Positions 63,361-64,000 of a stretch of 64,000 bases of DNA are shown here, one piece after another. Made by a program: the position numbers and the translations under genes. The notes below the pieces were generated by a model, which was given only the letters and a program-made list of their open reading frames with translations, ran no database searches and had not been told where the DNA came from. The number at the start of each line of letters is the position of its first letter. Position 1 is the stretch's first letter. Source of the stretch: Azolla caroliniana (taxonomy: Eukaryota; Plantae; Polypodiophyta); the NCBI GenBank assembly GCA_043228905.1, contig JBHGNT010000020.1, positions 10,788,001 through 10,852,000 of the forward strand, read 5' to 3'.

Positions 63361-64000
63361 ACCATGGTGGTCTTGGATTAGGGAGGATGCAAAGACTAAG
63401 AGGGCACGGACATTTGGAGACTTGAAGGCTCACCGAACTCGAAGGCTCTTTAGAGTCTAAGGATTCATCAATCAAAACTTTGCGAGTATATGTAATTATG
63501 CGCTCGGTGGTCGGAATTAAGGTTCGAGAAGTCATATTGGCGTGATGAATTTCGAGAAAATTCGATGGCTTGATTTATGTTGCGTTCGACAAAATTCACG
63601 TAGCTTTATGTCCCAAGCTCGAAATTCCAAGCCGAAAAATTCAGGCGCGATCCTCGTGGCGAATTGTTCGTGTCAGATACTCAAATTACAAAGATTTGCA
63701 CAAAATAGTGAAATAAAAATTATGTTAAGATTTGGTGAGCAATAGTAAATTTGAAGAAAGTGAAAGTAAAATGAGAAAATTCTCGGCTTTGTTACATGGA
63801 TGCAATGAACAAGTGATAGAAGAAGGATAGGAATAAGATAGGAGTAAATGGAGAGGGTAAGATCACGAGTAGGGTATCATTTCGGCGGCCTTGGCCGATA
63901 AAGACTACTTGATCAGGATGGAAGTGATAATCGAGACAGATTGCCTATCGATTCTCAGTATGGTTTCCAGATGTGCGACTCCAGACCTGGTGATGCTCAG

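Noticed and set aside
63840-64000. RNase H-like motif VIIETDC
   Set aside because: Too short, surrounded by stops and cut by the window edge.

Overview
Eukaryotic nuclear DNA from a land plant, probably a seed-free plant such as a fern. This is inferred from a DYW:KP-like PPR gene, a Tcn1-like chromovirus and RTE/RTEX-type LINEs. Five host genes were assembled by hand from splice signals and homology. (1) ATXR5/6-like H3K27 monomethyltransferase (minus, 6 exons over 22 kb), whose introns are packed with head-to-tail RTE-like LINEs. (2) Casein kinase 1 (plus, about 14 exons). (3) PLS-class PPR-DYW editing factor with a KP-type deaminase domain (minus). (4) Chloroplast DnaJ8-like J-protein (minus, 3 exons). 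(5) FEN1 copy with several disabling lesions (minus). Between ATXR5/6 and CK1 is a nest of LTR retroelements whose LTRs carry both heat-shock-element arrays and a tRNA-like A/B-box module. The window also has MULE-type MITEs, several minisatellites and two (TTAGGG)5 tracts. Coordinates were counted by eye, and repeat boundaries are approximate.
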